This document shows positions 11,012 to 19,974 of a stretch of 64,000 nucleotides of DNA, one piece after another. Under the pieces are notes generated by a model. It had not been told where the DNA came from and ran no database searches. It saw only the letters and a program-made list of their open reading frames with translations. The translations under genes and the position numbers were made by a program. Numbering within the stretch: position 1 is the stretch's first letter; each line of letters starts with the position of its first letter. This DNA is from Planctomycetota bacterium (lineage in GTDB: Bacteria > Planctomycetota > UBA1135 > UBA2386), in the NCBI GenBank assembly GCA_947501605.1, contig CANMWZ010000007.1, positions 1 through 64,000 on the forward strand, written 5' to 3'.

Positions 11012-12094
11012 ATGAAGTCTTTTCTTGTATCGGCGCTCATCTGTGTCCTTGTCCAGGCTGCTCTAGTGGCTCAGCAGCACATCGTCGTGCCTTCAGCGTA
11101 CACGGCGGCAAATGGTGAATCTCGGGCGCTCGTGCCTGGGATCATGAGCACGTGCCGCGAGCAGTTGTTGGTTGGGGCAGGACACTTGGTAGTAATGCAA
11201 GGGCAAGTCATCGAGGCTATTGAGTTCAGGCGACATGCATTCAGTGAGCCATTTGGTTCTGGCTCCGCATTCCTGACGGTGAGTTTGTCCACGACTGGGG
11301 CCGACCCACTTGCAACGTCGGCGGTGTTTGCTGTTAACTCCGGCCCTAACGAGGTGCAAGTTTTCAGTGGCACGGTTGCAGCCCCAGCTTCGCCCGATCC
11401 AGGTGCTGCGGTTGTTCCGTGGACTGCGAACAATGTGGTCCGGATTGCCCTCCAAACCCCGTTTGTTTATAGTGGAGGCACTTTGTGTGTGGATATTATT
11501 GGAACGGCCATTTCTGGGGCGTCATCGTCATTTTGGACTGCAGACGCTGCCGTGGCCAGTTCCGACGGGTCTGCTTTTGACATGGGGCCAGGAACCGGTC
11601 CTCAAGCGAACTCGCTTGGTCAGTGGAGTTACATCCGCAAGAGCGAGTTGTCGCCTGGTAGCGATGTTGAGATGTCGGCATATGGGCAGGTCAACTCGTT
11701 GTGTCTTGCAGTTCTTGGTCGTCCATCTGCTGCGCCGATCCCCTTGAACACGATGGGCATTGGCGCCCCCGGTGCAATGGCATACATCGATGAAGTGTAT
11801 CAGACGAGCTTGGTCATGCTGCTGCCGCCGGATGTGCCGGTGTATGCTGGTGGAATTGGATACTGGGATTTGTGGTTGCCCAATCAGTCCTGGATTCTCG
11901 GTGCAGATTTGGCGACGCAGTGGTTGGATCTGATAACATGGGATGTGAGTAATGGGATTCGCTGGACTGTTGCAACGGCTGCTCCGACCTTGGGAATGGC
12001 GCAGGTGACTGGGTCTCCCCTTGACAGCGTCGGCCAGCGCACCGTGAACGTCGCCCATATCGTCCGGTTCGAGTACACCCAGTCCGGCAACTGA
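11012..12094 (+). CDS. Secreted hypothetical protein, low-GC
   Basis: GGAG RBS and signal peptide (..AALVAQ). Contains a LWLPN...LATQW...VSNG domain resembling the C-termini of other secreted proteins in this window. Confidence 0.8.
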   Translation: MKSFLVSALICVLVQAALVAQQHIVVPSAYTAANGESRALVPGIMSTCREQLLVGAGHLVVMQGQVIEAIEFRRHAFSEPFGSGSAFLTVSLSTTGADPLATSAVFAVNSGPNEVQVFSGTVAAPASPDPGAAVVPWTANNVVRIALQTPFVYSGGTLCVDIIGTAISGASSSFWTADAAVASSDGSAFDMGPGTGPQANSLGQWSYIRKSELSPGSDVEMSAYGQVNSLCLAVLGRPSAAPIPLNTMGIGAPGAMAYIDEVYQTSLVMLLPPDVPVYAGGIGYWDLWLPNQSWILGADLATQWLDLITWDVSNGIRWTVATAAPTLGMAQVTGSPLDSVGQRTVNVAHIVRFEYTQSGN

Positions 12095-12138
12095 GCCTTC
12101 CGAGTTACCTGCGCGCGCGAGTCCGCTACACTCGCGCG

Positions 12139-14028
12139 ATGTTCGTGCCGGGTCTCTTCTTCCAGTCCAGCATGCTCGCCTTGGCATTCGCGGCGACCGC
12201 GAATGCACACGGCGGCCAGTACCGAGGTCCAGGATCCGCCCCACCACCACCCGTGACCCCGGGCGGCGGCCCGACCACAGGGCCAAGGCCCGAGTCGGCC
12301 ACTGGTACCAACTGGCAAGCCTGGTGGGAGCACAACAAGGAGGACTTGCTCCAGCCGCGTGGCACGATCGCCGGCCCCGTCAGCGGTTCCGACGAGTTCT
12401 ACCTCGGCGCGCGTCGGCCCAACGAGTTGCGGGGAACGCAGCTACCGTCCGACGCCGATCGGCGGGATCTGATTGCGGCGGCGTTGCAGCAGACCCTGCG
12501 CGAGAGCACCGATCGCGACGTCACGACGGCGTGCATGATTGGTCTCGCCAAAGTTGGGCTCGATGTGCCCCCCAGCAAGTTGTCCGAGTTGTTCGCGCTC
12601 CGCTTGCGCGAGCCCAACCAGGAGGTGCGCGAGACTGCCGCGTTGGCGCTCGGCATCGCTGGGCTCCAGGACGCGTGGCCAGCGCTGGCTTCGTTGCTTC
12701 GGGGCGACGAGGGCGGGCGCAAGTTGGCGGGTGGGCGGGAGGAGGTGCCCGAGCGTTCGCGGACGTTTGCAGCTTGGTCGCTCGGTCTGCTCGCGGGCCG
12801 TAGTACCGATGCCAAGCAAAAGCAGCATACCTTTGAGCTGCTGAGCAGCCTGCTCAGCGATCCCGGCGAGCGAAGCCGCGATCTGCGTGTCGGGCTCATT
12901 CACGCGCTCGGGTTGCTCGCGCCCAACGCCGAGCGCAGCGCTGCCGAGCGGATGTTGCTCTATCGCATCGTCGACGCGCTCTGGGCTTTTTACGAACAAG
13001 ACCTCGGCAAGGGCAATCAACTGGTCCAAGCGCATGTGCCGACGGCCGTCGTGCGCCTGCTGGGTCGTGGTAACAGCGCCGCCCACCAGCGCGCCAAAGA
13101 GCGCATGGTCCGCGAACTCACTGCCCCGGGGCGCAGCAATGAGCTTCGCGAATCGGCGGCACAGTCCCTCGGGGCCCTGTGCTTGCCGCAGGAAATCTGC
13201 GCCGAGGACGCGGTCTACGCCAAGGCGCTGCTCCACTACTACGAGACCGGAACCGACCAGCAGACGCGTTACTTCGCCATTGCCAGCTTGGGTCGGATCG
13301 GCGGTGAGGCCAATCGGCAGGCGCTACTGCGTGTCTACCCCGGTGCCAATCGCGCGACGGAGCGCCCCTGGGTTGCCATCTCGCTCGGGCTGATTGCGCG
13401 CCAGCGGTTGCTGGCGATGCCTGACGTTGTGGATGTCGATCTAGGGCGCATTCTGCTGGACGATCTTCGGGATATCGACGTCGACACCACGCGCGCGGGC
13501 ATCGCGCTCGCCCTCGGCCTCTGCGCCTATGAGCCAGCGGCTGCTGACATCCGCGGGCTGCTCGCATCCAAGACCAATAGTGATACTGCCATCGGCTATG
13601 TCACGCTGTCCTTGGCGCTACTCGGGGATCGCGCCGCCGTGGCCGATATCTCCGATCTGATGCGGCGGTCGTTGCGCCGCCCGTTCGTACTCCAACAGTG
13701 CGCGCTCGCCCTCGGCAGCCTCGGCGATACTGGGGCAGTTCCGGTGCTCGTCGAGATGCTGTCGCAGAGCGAGAGTACGGCGACGTTGGCGGCGATCGCC
13801 AGCGCGCTCGGCGAACTGCGCGATCGGCGGGCCATCGAGCCGTTGCTCCGAGCACTGCGGGACAAGGACCGTTCGATGCTCGGGCGTGCATTCGTCGCGG
13901 CGGCGCTGGGCGGTGTCGGCGACAAGGACGTCCTGCGCTGGAACGCAGCAATTGCCCGCGACGTGAACTACGGCGCCTTGGTGGACACGTTGGGTAACGG
14001 CAGCACCGGCGTGCTGGACATCCTTTGA
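12139..14028 (+). CDS. Exported HEAT/PBS-lyase repeat protein
   Basis: Signal peptide (ANA-HGG). Repeated VRETAALALG / ALALGSLGD / AIEPLLRAL HEAT-like units. Confidence 0.85.
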   Translation: MFVPGLFFQSSMLALAFAATANAHGGQYRGPGSAPPPPVTPGGGPTTGPRPESATGTNWQAWWEHNKEDLLQPRGTIAGPVSGSDEFYLGARRPNELRGTQLPSDADRRDLIAAALQQTLRESTDRDVTTACMIGLAKVGLDVPPSKLSELFALRLREPNQEVRETAALALGIAGLQDAWPALASLLRGDEGGRKLAGGREEVPERSRTFAAWSLGLLAGRSTDAKQKQHTFELLSSLLSDPGERSRDLRVGLIHALGLLAPNAERSAAERMLLYRIVDALWAFYEQDLGKGNQLVQAHVPTAVVRLLGRGNSAAHQRAKERMVRELTAPGRSNELRESAAQSLGALCLPQEICAEDAVYAKALLHYYETGTDQQTRYFAIASLGRIGGEANRQALLRVYPGANRATERPWVAISLGLIARQRLLAMPDVVDVDLGRILLDDLRDIDVDTTRAGIALALGLCAYEPAAADIRGLLASKTNSDTAIGYVTLSLALLGDRAAVADISDLMRRSLRRPFVLQQCALALGSLGDTGAVPVLVEMLSQSESTATLAAIASALGELRDRRAIEPLLRALRDKDRSMLGRAFVAAALGGVGDKDVLRWNAAIARDVNYGALVDTLGNGSTGVLDIL

Positions 14029-14882
14029 GATCACGGCGCTCCGCCTTGCTCCGCGCCTTGGTCTTGCCAGCGCTGGCGCATTTGCTCCTGCTCCAGGCCT
14101 GTGCGCTGTCGGCGCCGCCAGCAGAGTCGCTTCTTGCGGGGGCGGCAGCGACGGCCGCCGTAGATCCCGCGATGGCAGAGCTCGACCAGTTGGCGAACTC
14201 CGCGCTGCAGCGGAGCCGCGACGCCTTGACGGACTTCGACCAAGCCCTCGTGGCCGCATCCTTGCTGTTCCAGGCAGCGGACGCGCGCATGCAGCGGGCG
14301 ACGTTGGCGGTGCTGCTCGACAACGCGAAACCCGACGTCAGCACCATTCTCGGCCTCGACGCCCGCATCGGCGACCCGTCGCGCACCGAGATCCTGTCGC
14401 TGGCGACGGCAGGGCTCGAAGTCAGCAAGCGCGCTGTTGCGGCGGATCCTGCACGCGCGGCGGCGCAATTGCAGCTTGCTCTACATCTGTCCTTGGTGTC
14501 CTGGGCCAACGGCGCAGCGCGCAGCCTGTTCGCCGGCTATGGTCCGCGTCTCGTCGATGCAATCGACTGCGCGATCGCTGCCGACGCGACGATCGACGGA
14601 GGGGCACCCTTGCGCCTGCAGGGGCGATTCCGGAGTCAGGCCCCATGGCCGTACCGCGACCTCGCGCTTGCTCGTTCCGTCCTCTCGCGCGCGGTGGAGT
14701 TCGCGCCAATCGTCGTCAACCACTTGTTCCTCGGTGACGCCCTTTGGCTCGATGGCGAAGAGGCTGCAGCAATCGCACAATGGCAGGCTGCCACCATGGC
14801 AAACGGCAGCGAGTCGACACGCTGGTCCGACGAGTTGTTGCGCGAACTCGCCAAGGCGCGACTGGCCGCTGCGGGCAAGTGA
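14025..14882 (+). CDS. Helical TPR-like putative lipoprotein
   Basis: Start overlaps the HEAT gene stop. LLQAC lipobox-like motif and C-terminal TPR-like HLFLGDALW...AAIAQWQAA. Confidence 0.6.
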   Translation: MRSRRSALLRALVLPALAHLLLLQACALSAPPAESLLAGAAATAAVDPAMAELDQLANSALQRSRDALTDFDQALVAASLLFQAADARMQRATLAVLLDNAKPDVSTILGLDARIGDPSRTEILSLATAGLEVSKRAVAADPARAAAQLQLALHLSLVSWANGAARSLFAGYGPRLVDAIDCAIAADATIDGGAPLRLQGRFRSQAPWPYRDLALARSVLSRAVEFAPIVVNHLFLGDALWLDGEEAAAIAQWQAATMANGSESTRWSDELLRELAKARLAAAGK

Positions 14883-15066
14883 CGGTTTGCATGGGGGGCT
14901 TGTGATCGCCATCGGCAGCGACGTTGGCGGCACCAAGTCGAGGCCATGGCCCTGGCTGCTGACGGAGTCGGCAGAGGCGAACCGCCGAGCATCGCAGTGC
15001 GACCGAGTCAGCACGGGGATTCGTCGGGCGTCCGCAGCGCCGCATGGTTCTGGCGGCTGCCGTGGT

Positions 15067-16626
15067 TCAGCCCTTCAGCTTCTTGAGCTTCTGGATGGCG
15101 CCGAGAACGTTCTTGCTCGACGTGTCGCGTGAACCCGTGCGGTTCTCGGCAACGCCCTTCTGCGCGTCGGGTGTGGCATTGGGAGCGGGCTGCGGCACGA
15201 CTGGGGTGTAGCCGCTGCCGCTCGGCGCCGCCGAGCCGGTAGTGGTTGCTGCTGCTTCGGGAGCTCGGACGGCCGCGGGTTCGCTTGCCGGCTCCGCCAG
15301 TGTTGCGACGGTGGCCATCGCGGGGTTGTTCTGTGGCGTCGAGGTTGGCTTGCTGGTCGTCATGCCGCCGCGGACTGCCTGTTGGATGTAGGCGACCGAA
15401 GTAGCCAGGCCCGCCATCTCGCGCTGGATGTCGCGAACGGTGTTTTCGAGGCCGCCCAGTTCCTTGTTGCGCACCTGGTCGACGGTGTTCGTCAGCTTGC
15501 CCATGGTCAGGTCGACCATCTTCTCGATGCGCTGAACTTCCTGTGCGACCACGTCCTGGTGCGCGAGCTGCTCGAGCTTCTTGCCGTGCTGTTTGTGCGT
15601 GTCTTCGAGGCGGAGCAGGCTCTTGCGCAGTTCGCTGTCGTCCTGACGCTGCGCCAGAGAAGTGATCGTCGCCTCGACCCGGACCAGCTGCTGTTGCAAA
15701 CCGGCTTCCGAGGGCATGCGATCGCTAAAGGACATCAACGTGCGTCGCAGATCCGCGATCATCTCGCCGACCTTGGTCTCGATCGGGCCGAAGTCGACGT
15801 GCTGTGGTCGCGAGGCGTTCTCGATGCGGGTGAATCCCTGTTGCACGAGCTCGCCGAAACTGTCGAGCTGCTGCTTCAGCTGCGTGAGCTGTGCCGCGAC
15901 GTCGTTGCCTTGGGTGCTGATCTCCATCAAGGGCTTGCCGTACATCTTGAGCGCACGCGAGATGTTGCCGACCTTCTCGTCCTGGCGCTCGAGTGCGGTG
16001 AGAACGCGCGCGAGCTCTTCGCCCTCTGCTGGTGGTCGCTCGGCGCTGATGTGGTGTTGCTCGACCAAGAACTGCAAGTTCTCCTGCAGTTCCGTCTGCG
16101 TCAGTTGCTGACCTTGCGCGAGTTCTTCGATCCGGGTCTGCACGACGGCTTGCTGCTTGCGGATGGTCGACAGGATGAAGGTCACGGCGCCGAGCACCAA
16201 GAGCACGGCACCGTCGATTCCTACGGTCTGCAGCATGGACTGGACCGAGGCCGAGCTGCGGAGTGCTGTGGCGGCGATGCCGAGCCCCATCAGGAGCACT
16301 CCGAGCATGCGACCGAGGCCGCCGTTCGAAGGCTTCGCAGCGTTTGCCTGTTGCCGTGCACGGCGGCGGGACATCGGCGCCATTTGGTCGTCTTCGGCCT
16401 TGGGTTCAGGAACCAACTCCGGATCGGCCTCGCCCGTGCGGTCGATTTCGAGGTCCGCCACGTCGTCGATCGGCCCCTCGTCCTCGGTCTCCTCCTCGAC
16501 CTTCGGCATCGGGGCGTTCTGCTTGCCGAAGCTCGACCGCGGTGGCGTCGCGCCGGATGGGGTAGGCCCCAGCAAGGCGTTGAGCATTTCTTCGGCCGAC
16601 TTGTGTTCGTTTTGCTTGCTGTTCAT
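15067..16626 (-). CDS. Hypothetical membrane protein with a long coiled coil
   Basis: Acidic disordered N-terminus, two TM helices, a long Q/L/E heptad region, an Ala/Pro/Thr linker and a short basic C-terminal helix. Codon usage favours this strand. Confidence 0.8.
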   Translation of the reverse strand: MNSKQNEHKSAEEMLNALLGPTPSGATPPRSSFGKQNAPMPKVEEETEDEGPIDDVADLEIDRTGEADPELVPEPKAEDDQMAPMSRRRARQQANAAKPSNGGLGRMLGVLLMGLGIAATALRSSASVQSMLQTVGIDGAVLLVLGAVTFILSTIRKQQAVVQTRIEELAQGQQLTQTELQENLQFLVEQHHISAERPPAEGEELARVLTALERQDEKVGNISRALKMYGKPLMEISTQGNDVAAQLTQLKQQLDSFGELVQQGFTRIENASRPQHVDFGPIETKVGEMIADLRRTLMSFSDRMPSEAGLQQQLVRVEATITSLAQRQDDSELRKSLLRLEDTHKQHGKKLEQLAHQDVVAQEVQRIEKMVDLTMGKLTNTVDQVRNKELGGLENTVRDIQREMAGLATSVAYIQQAVRGGMTTSKPTSTPQNNPAMATVATLAEPASEPAAVRAPEAAATTTGSAAPSGSGYTPVVPQPAPNATPDAQKGVAENRTGSRDTSSKNVLGAIQKLKKLKG

Positions 16627-16870
16627 CGTGATGTCCCGCGCCGGTCGTGCGCTGCTTCGAAGGAGTGCCTACTCGGTCGATCGGCCTCGAGGCCTTCGCC
16701 GCGTGCTGCCGGAACTTGGGGTTCTTGGCGGCAACCGTGCGAGGGGGCGAGGTGCGCTGCGCCATGGTCGGCCAGCTCCTGGTCTCGTCCGTGGATCGAC
16801 CACCAGACGCAGGAGGGTGAAGCGGCCCCGTTGCAATCGGGGGGGCAAGCGCGGAAAAAAGGACGCCTGG

Positions 16871-18640
16871 ATGTCACGCAAACTCAAGGGCATCGCCGCC
16901 GCCCCCGGTATCGCCATCGCGCCCTTGGTCCACTTCCATGGGACGTTGGACTCCATTCCGACCTGGAAGGTCGCGCCTGAGGGCGTGGACGCCGAGGGCC
17001 GGCGGCTCGACGAGGCGATTGCCGCGGTCGGCCGGTCCATCGTGGCCCTTCGCAGGGAGCTGGCAGACGCCCTCTCGAACCACGACGCGCGCATCTACGA
17101 CGCGCAGGTCAGCATTCTCAATGACCCAACGTTCCGCAGGGATGCTGTCCGTGAGATGACCCTGCATGGTTGCAACGTCGAGGTGGCGCTGCAGCGGGTC
17201 GTGGAGCGATACGAGGCGGTGTTTCAGAACATGGCCGAAGCGCCGATGCGCGAACGCGCGGCCGATGTCCGTGACGTCGGTCGGCAGCTGGTCGCAGCGC
17301 TCATGGCCAAGGACCGGTCGAAGTACACAGCCCACGGCCGCGACTACCTGTTCGCTGCCGACGAGTTCCTGCCGAGCGACGCGGGCATTCTCGACCGTGC
17401 GCACTTGCGAGGCATCGTCACGGCGCACGGTGGCAAGTACTCGCACGGCGCCATCCTTGCGCGTTCGCTCGGAATTCCGGCTGTCGTCGGTGTCGACGAT
17501 TTGATGTCGAAGGTGCCGAGCGGGACCACCGTCGTCCTCGACGGCAACAGCGGCGTCGTCATCGTCGACCCGAGCGCCGAGGAGTTGGCTCAGTACCAAC
17601 TGCGGCTGAGGGAGCAACGCGGCATCGACTCGCGCGTTGCGGAGGTGCGATTTCAGCCCGCGGTCACGCTCGACGGTTGCGAAGTATCCCTGTTCGCCAA
17701 CGTCGAGGGCGTACGCGACCTCGAGACTCTGGAGGCGGAAGTCATCTCCGGCATCGGACTGTTCCGCACGGAGTTCGCATTCATGGAACGGCGGCAGTTT
17801 CCGACCGAGGAGGAACAGGTTGCGATGTACCGGCGGGCCATGGCCGGTAGCCGCGGCAAGCCGGTGACGTTCCGCACGCTCGACGTCGGCGGTGACAAAC
17901 CACTGGGCTACTTCCGCACGCCCGACGAGCGCAACCCGGTCCTCGGGTGGCGCGGTCTGCGGTTGTGCCTCGACTGGCCGGACATTCTCTACACGCAGTT
18001 GCGGGCCATCCTGCGCGCCAGCGCCCTCGGCCATGCGCGCATCCTGCTGCCCATGGTTACGACTCGCAGCGAAGTCGTGCGCTGCCGCCAGGTGGTCGAG
18101 CAACTGCGCCAGGACCTTCGCTCGACGGGCGAGAAGTTCGACGAGAACATCAAGTTCGGGATCATGGTCGAAGTGCCGGTGATCGTGCCGGTGCTCCCCG
18201 AGATCCTGCCGATCGTCGACTTCGTCTCGGTCGGTACCAACGACCTCGTCCAGTACCTGCTTGCGGTCGATCGCGACAACCAGCGCGTGGCCAAGATGTA
18301 CGACCCGTTTCATCCGGGCGTCCTGCGCGTACTGGACCAGATTGTTCGAGCGACGCAGGCCGTCAACAAACCGGTGTCCATCTGCGGCGAGATCGCTGGC
18401 GACCACTACTTCACGCCGTTGCTGCTCGGCATGGGCTACCGGGAACTTTCCATGGCGCCAGTATTCTTGCCGAGGGTGAAGCTGACGCTACGGAGCTTCT
18501 CGATCGCCGAGTGTCAGACGTTGGCACAGCAGGCGATGGCACTCGATTCAACCACCGCGGTGCGCGCGCTGATCTCGGACCAGGTGCGCGAACGCTGGTC
18601 GCGCTTCCTCAAGGCGGGACCAGAGGATGCATCGGCATGA
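16871..18640 (+). CDS. ptsI: Phosphoenolpyruvate-protein phosphotransferase (PTS enzyme I), no GAF domain
   Basis: Phospho-His motif GGKYSHGAILARS, GIGLFRTEF, RTLDVGGDK, ERNPVLGWRG, SVGTNDLVQY and SICGE. Start placed at ATG 16871. Confidence 0.93.
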   Translation: MSRKLKGIAAAPGIAIAPLVHFHGTLDSIPTWKVAPEGVDAEGRRLDEAIAAVGRSIVALRRELADALSNHDARIYDAQVSILNDPTFRRDAVREMTLHGCNVEVALQRVVERYEAVFQNMAEAPMRERAADVRDVGRQLVAALMAKDRSKYTAHGRDYLFAADEFLPSDAGILDRAHLRGIVTAHGGKYSHGAILARSLGIPAVVGVDDLMSKVPSGTTVVLDGNSGVVIVDPSAEELAQYQLRLREQRGIDSRVAEVRFQPAVTLDGCEVSLFANVEGVRDLETLEAEVISGIGLFRTEFAFMERRQFPTEEEQVAMYRRAMAGSRGKPVTFRTLDVGGDKPLGYFRTPDERNPVLGWRGLRLCLDWPDILYTQLRAILRASALGHARILLPMVTTRSEVVRCRQVVEQLRQDLRSTGEKFDENIKFGIMVEVPVIVPVLPEILPIVDFVSVGTNDLVQYLLAVDRDNQRVAKMYDPFHPGVLRVLDQIVRATQAVNKPVSICGEIAGDHYFTPLLLGMGYRELSMAPVFLPRVKLTLRSFSIAECQTLAQQAMALDSTTAVRALISDQVRERWSRFLKAGPEDASA

Positions 18641-19332
18641 CCGCGCGCGGCCTGCGGCGCGGCAACTGGTCGGTGCAAGAGCTCGAGCGGTTGCGACTGT
18701 TACTGCCGCAGCGAGGGGTCGAGGGCACGGCTGCGCTGCTGCGTCGTTCGCCCGAGAGCGTGCGCAAGCGTGCGACCAAGTTGTGGAAGGGCAGCTTGCG
18801 CCGAGGTGAGTGGACGGACGAGGACGAGGCGGTGCTGCGCAGCGCCTGGGGTGCGGTCGATCCGCGGCTGCTCGGCGTGATACTTGGTCGACCAGCTGCC
18901 GACGTTTCGCGGCGCGCTGCGGCCTTGCGCGCCGCCCGCCGGACTGGTTCGTGGTCGCATGCCGACCTCCAGGCCCTGAAACGGCTGTACGGCACGCGAT
19001 CTGGCTCCGACCTTGAAGTGTGCCTGCAGCGTTCCGTCACGGACATCGAGACGCAGGCGAGTCGCATGTGCTTGCGCAAAGACAAGCGATTTGCGAAGCA
19101 GCAGCGACGCAGCGGTGGCTCGACAACGGCACCGCGTTGGACGCCTGCCGAGGTCCAGAGGTTGCGTACTACCTACGCAGACCGCGAGAACATCGTCGTC
19201 GCCCGGCTACTAGGGCGCTCGGTCGCCAGCGTGGCCAACAAAGCCTGGCAGCTCGGTTTGCAAAAGAGTGCGGCCGTCCTCGAACGGATCGGGCGGACCA
19301 ATGTTGCGGTGCGCTTTCGCGAGCTGGGCTGA
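18637..19332 (+). CDS. Protein with four Myb/SANT-like HTH repeats
   Basis: ATGA overlap with ptsI. Repeats GNWSVQELERL..LRRSPESVRKRA, GEWTDEDEAVL..LGRPAADVSRRA, GSWSHADLQAL..LQRSVTDIETQA and RWTPAEVQRL..LGRSVASVANKA. Confidence 0.8.
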   Translation: MTARGLRRGNWSVQELERLRLLLPQRGVEGTAALLRRSPESVRKRATKLWKGSLRRGEWTDEDEAVLRSAWGAVDPRLLGVILGRPAADVSRRAAALRAARRTGSWSHADLQALKRLYGTRSGSDLEVCLQRSVTDIETQASRMCLRKDKRFAKQQRRSGGSTTAPRWTPAEVQRLRTTYADRENIVVARLLGRSVASVANKAWQLGLQKSAAVLERIGRTNVAVRFRELG

Positions 19333-19419
19333 TCTGCTGCTCCCGGTCCATGAGGTCGCTGCCATCGGCTGGTGGCGGTGGTCGGAGGGGTGGGGGTCTG
19401 TCGGTTCATGGCGAGATCC

Positions 19420-19448
19420 CTCAATCTGCGACGGCCCTCGGTCGATGA
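19420..19448 (+). promoter_or_regulatory. Putative sigma28-like promoter CTCAA-N16-GTCGATGA
   Basis: Same motif class as 27724-27752 and 32662-32690. Lies about 50 nt upstream of the STAS gene. Confidence 0.45.
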
Positions 19449-19495
19449 GGGCGAGCAGGTCGGAGATCCCGGCCCTGCTACCGCTCGAGGGAACC

Positions 19496-19894
19496 ATGGA
19501 AATCGTCGGCAAGAAGAGCCAAGGCCTGTCCGTCACGACGCTCAGTGACGACAAGACCGCCATTATCTCGTTCAACGATCGCAGCCTGAACTTCTACGTG
19601 ACGGACTCGTTGAAGGAAGCGTTGAAGGAGACGATCAACTCGAAGATCGAGGCTGGCTTCCAGCACTTCATCCTCAACCTCGACAACGTGAAGATCATCG
19701 ACTCCTGCGGAGTCGGGCTCATCATCGTGGCCAACAACGTGACGGCGTCGAAGAGCGCGAAGCTCTACTTGAGCAACATCAAGCCCTTCATCGTCAAGAT
19801 CTTCGAGATCATGCGGATCAGCAAGCACCTGTCGATTTTCGAAAACGAAGACGGCGCGTTGCAGGCGATCAAGAACATAAACGTCGGCAAGTGA
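19496..19894 (+). CDS. STAS-domain anti-sigma-factor antagonist
   Basis: ILNLDNVKIIDSCGVG with the conserved phospho-Ser, and IFEIMRISKHLSIF. GAGGG RBS before ATG 19496. Confidence 0.88.
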   Translation: MEIVGKKSQGLSVTTLSDDKTAIISFNDRSLNFYVTDSLKEALKETINSKIEAGFQHFILNLDNVKIIDSCGVGLIIVANNVTASKSAKLYLSNIKPFIVKIFEIMRISKHLSIFENEDGALQAIKNINVGK

Positions 19895-19974
19895 GTCGAG
19901 GTTGACGCACCCGGGGCCGGCCGGGCGCGCATGGCCTTCTAGTCGTCGGCCGGCACTTGGTGGCACTGACGGCG

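Noticed and set aside
16157..16870. Apparent N-terminal extension of PTS enzyme I (possible GAF/PtsP fusion)
   Set aside because: It is antisense to the 15067-16626 gene and does not look like GAF. Enzyme I similarity starts at MSRKLKG (16871).
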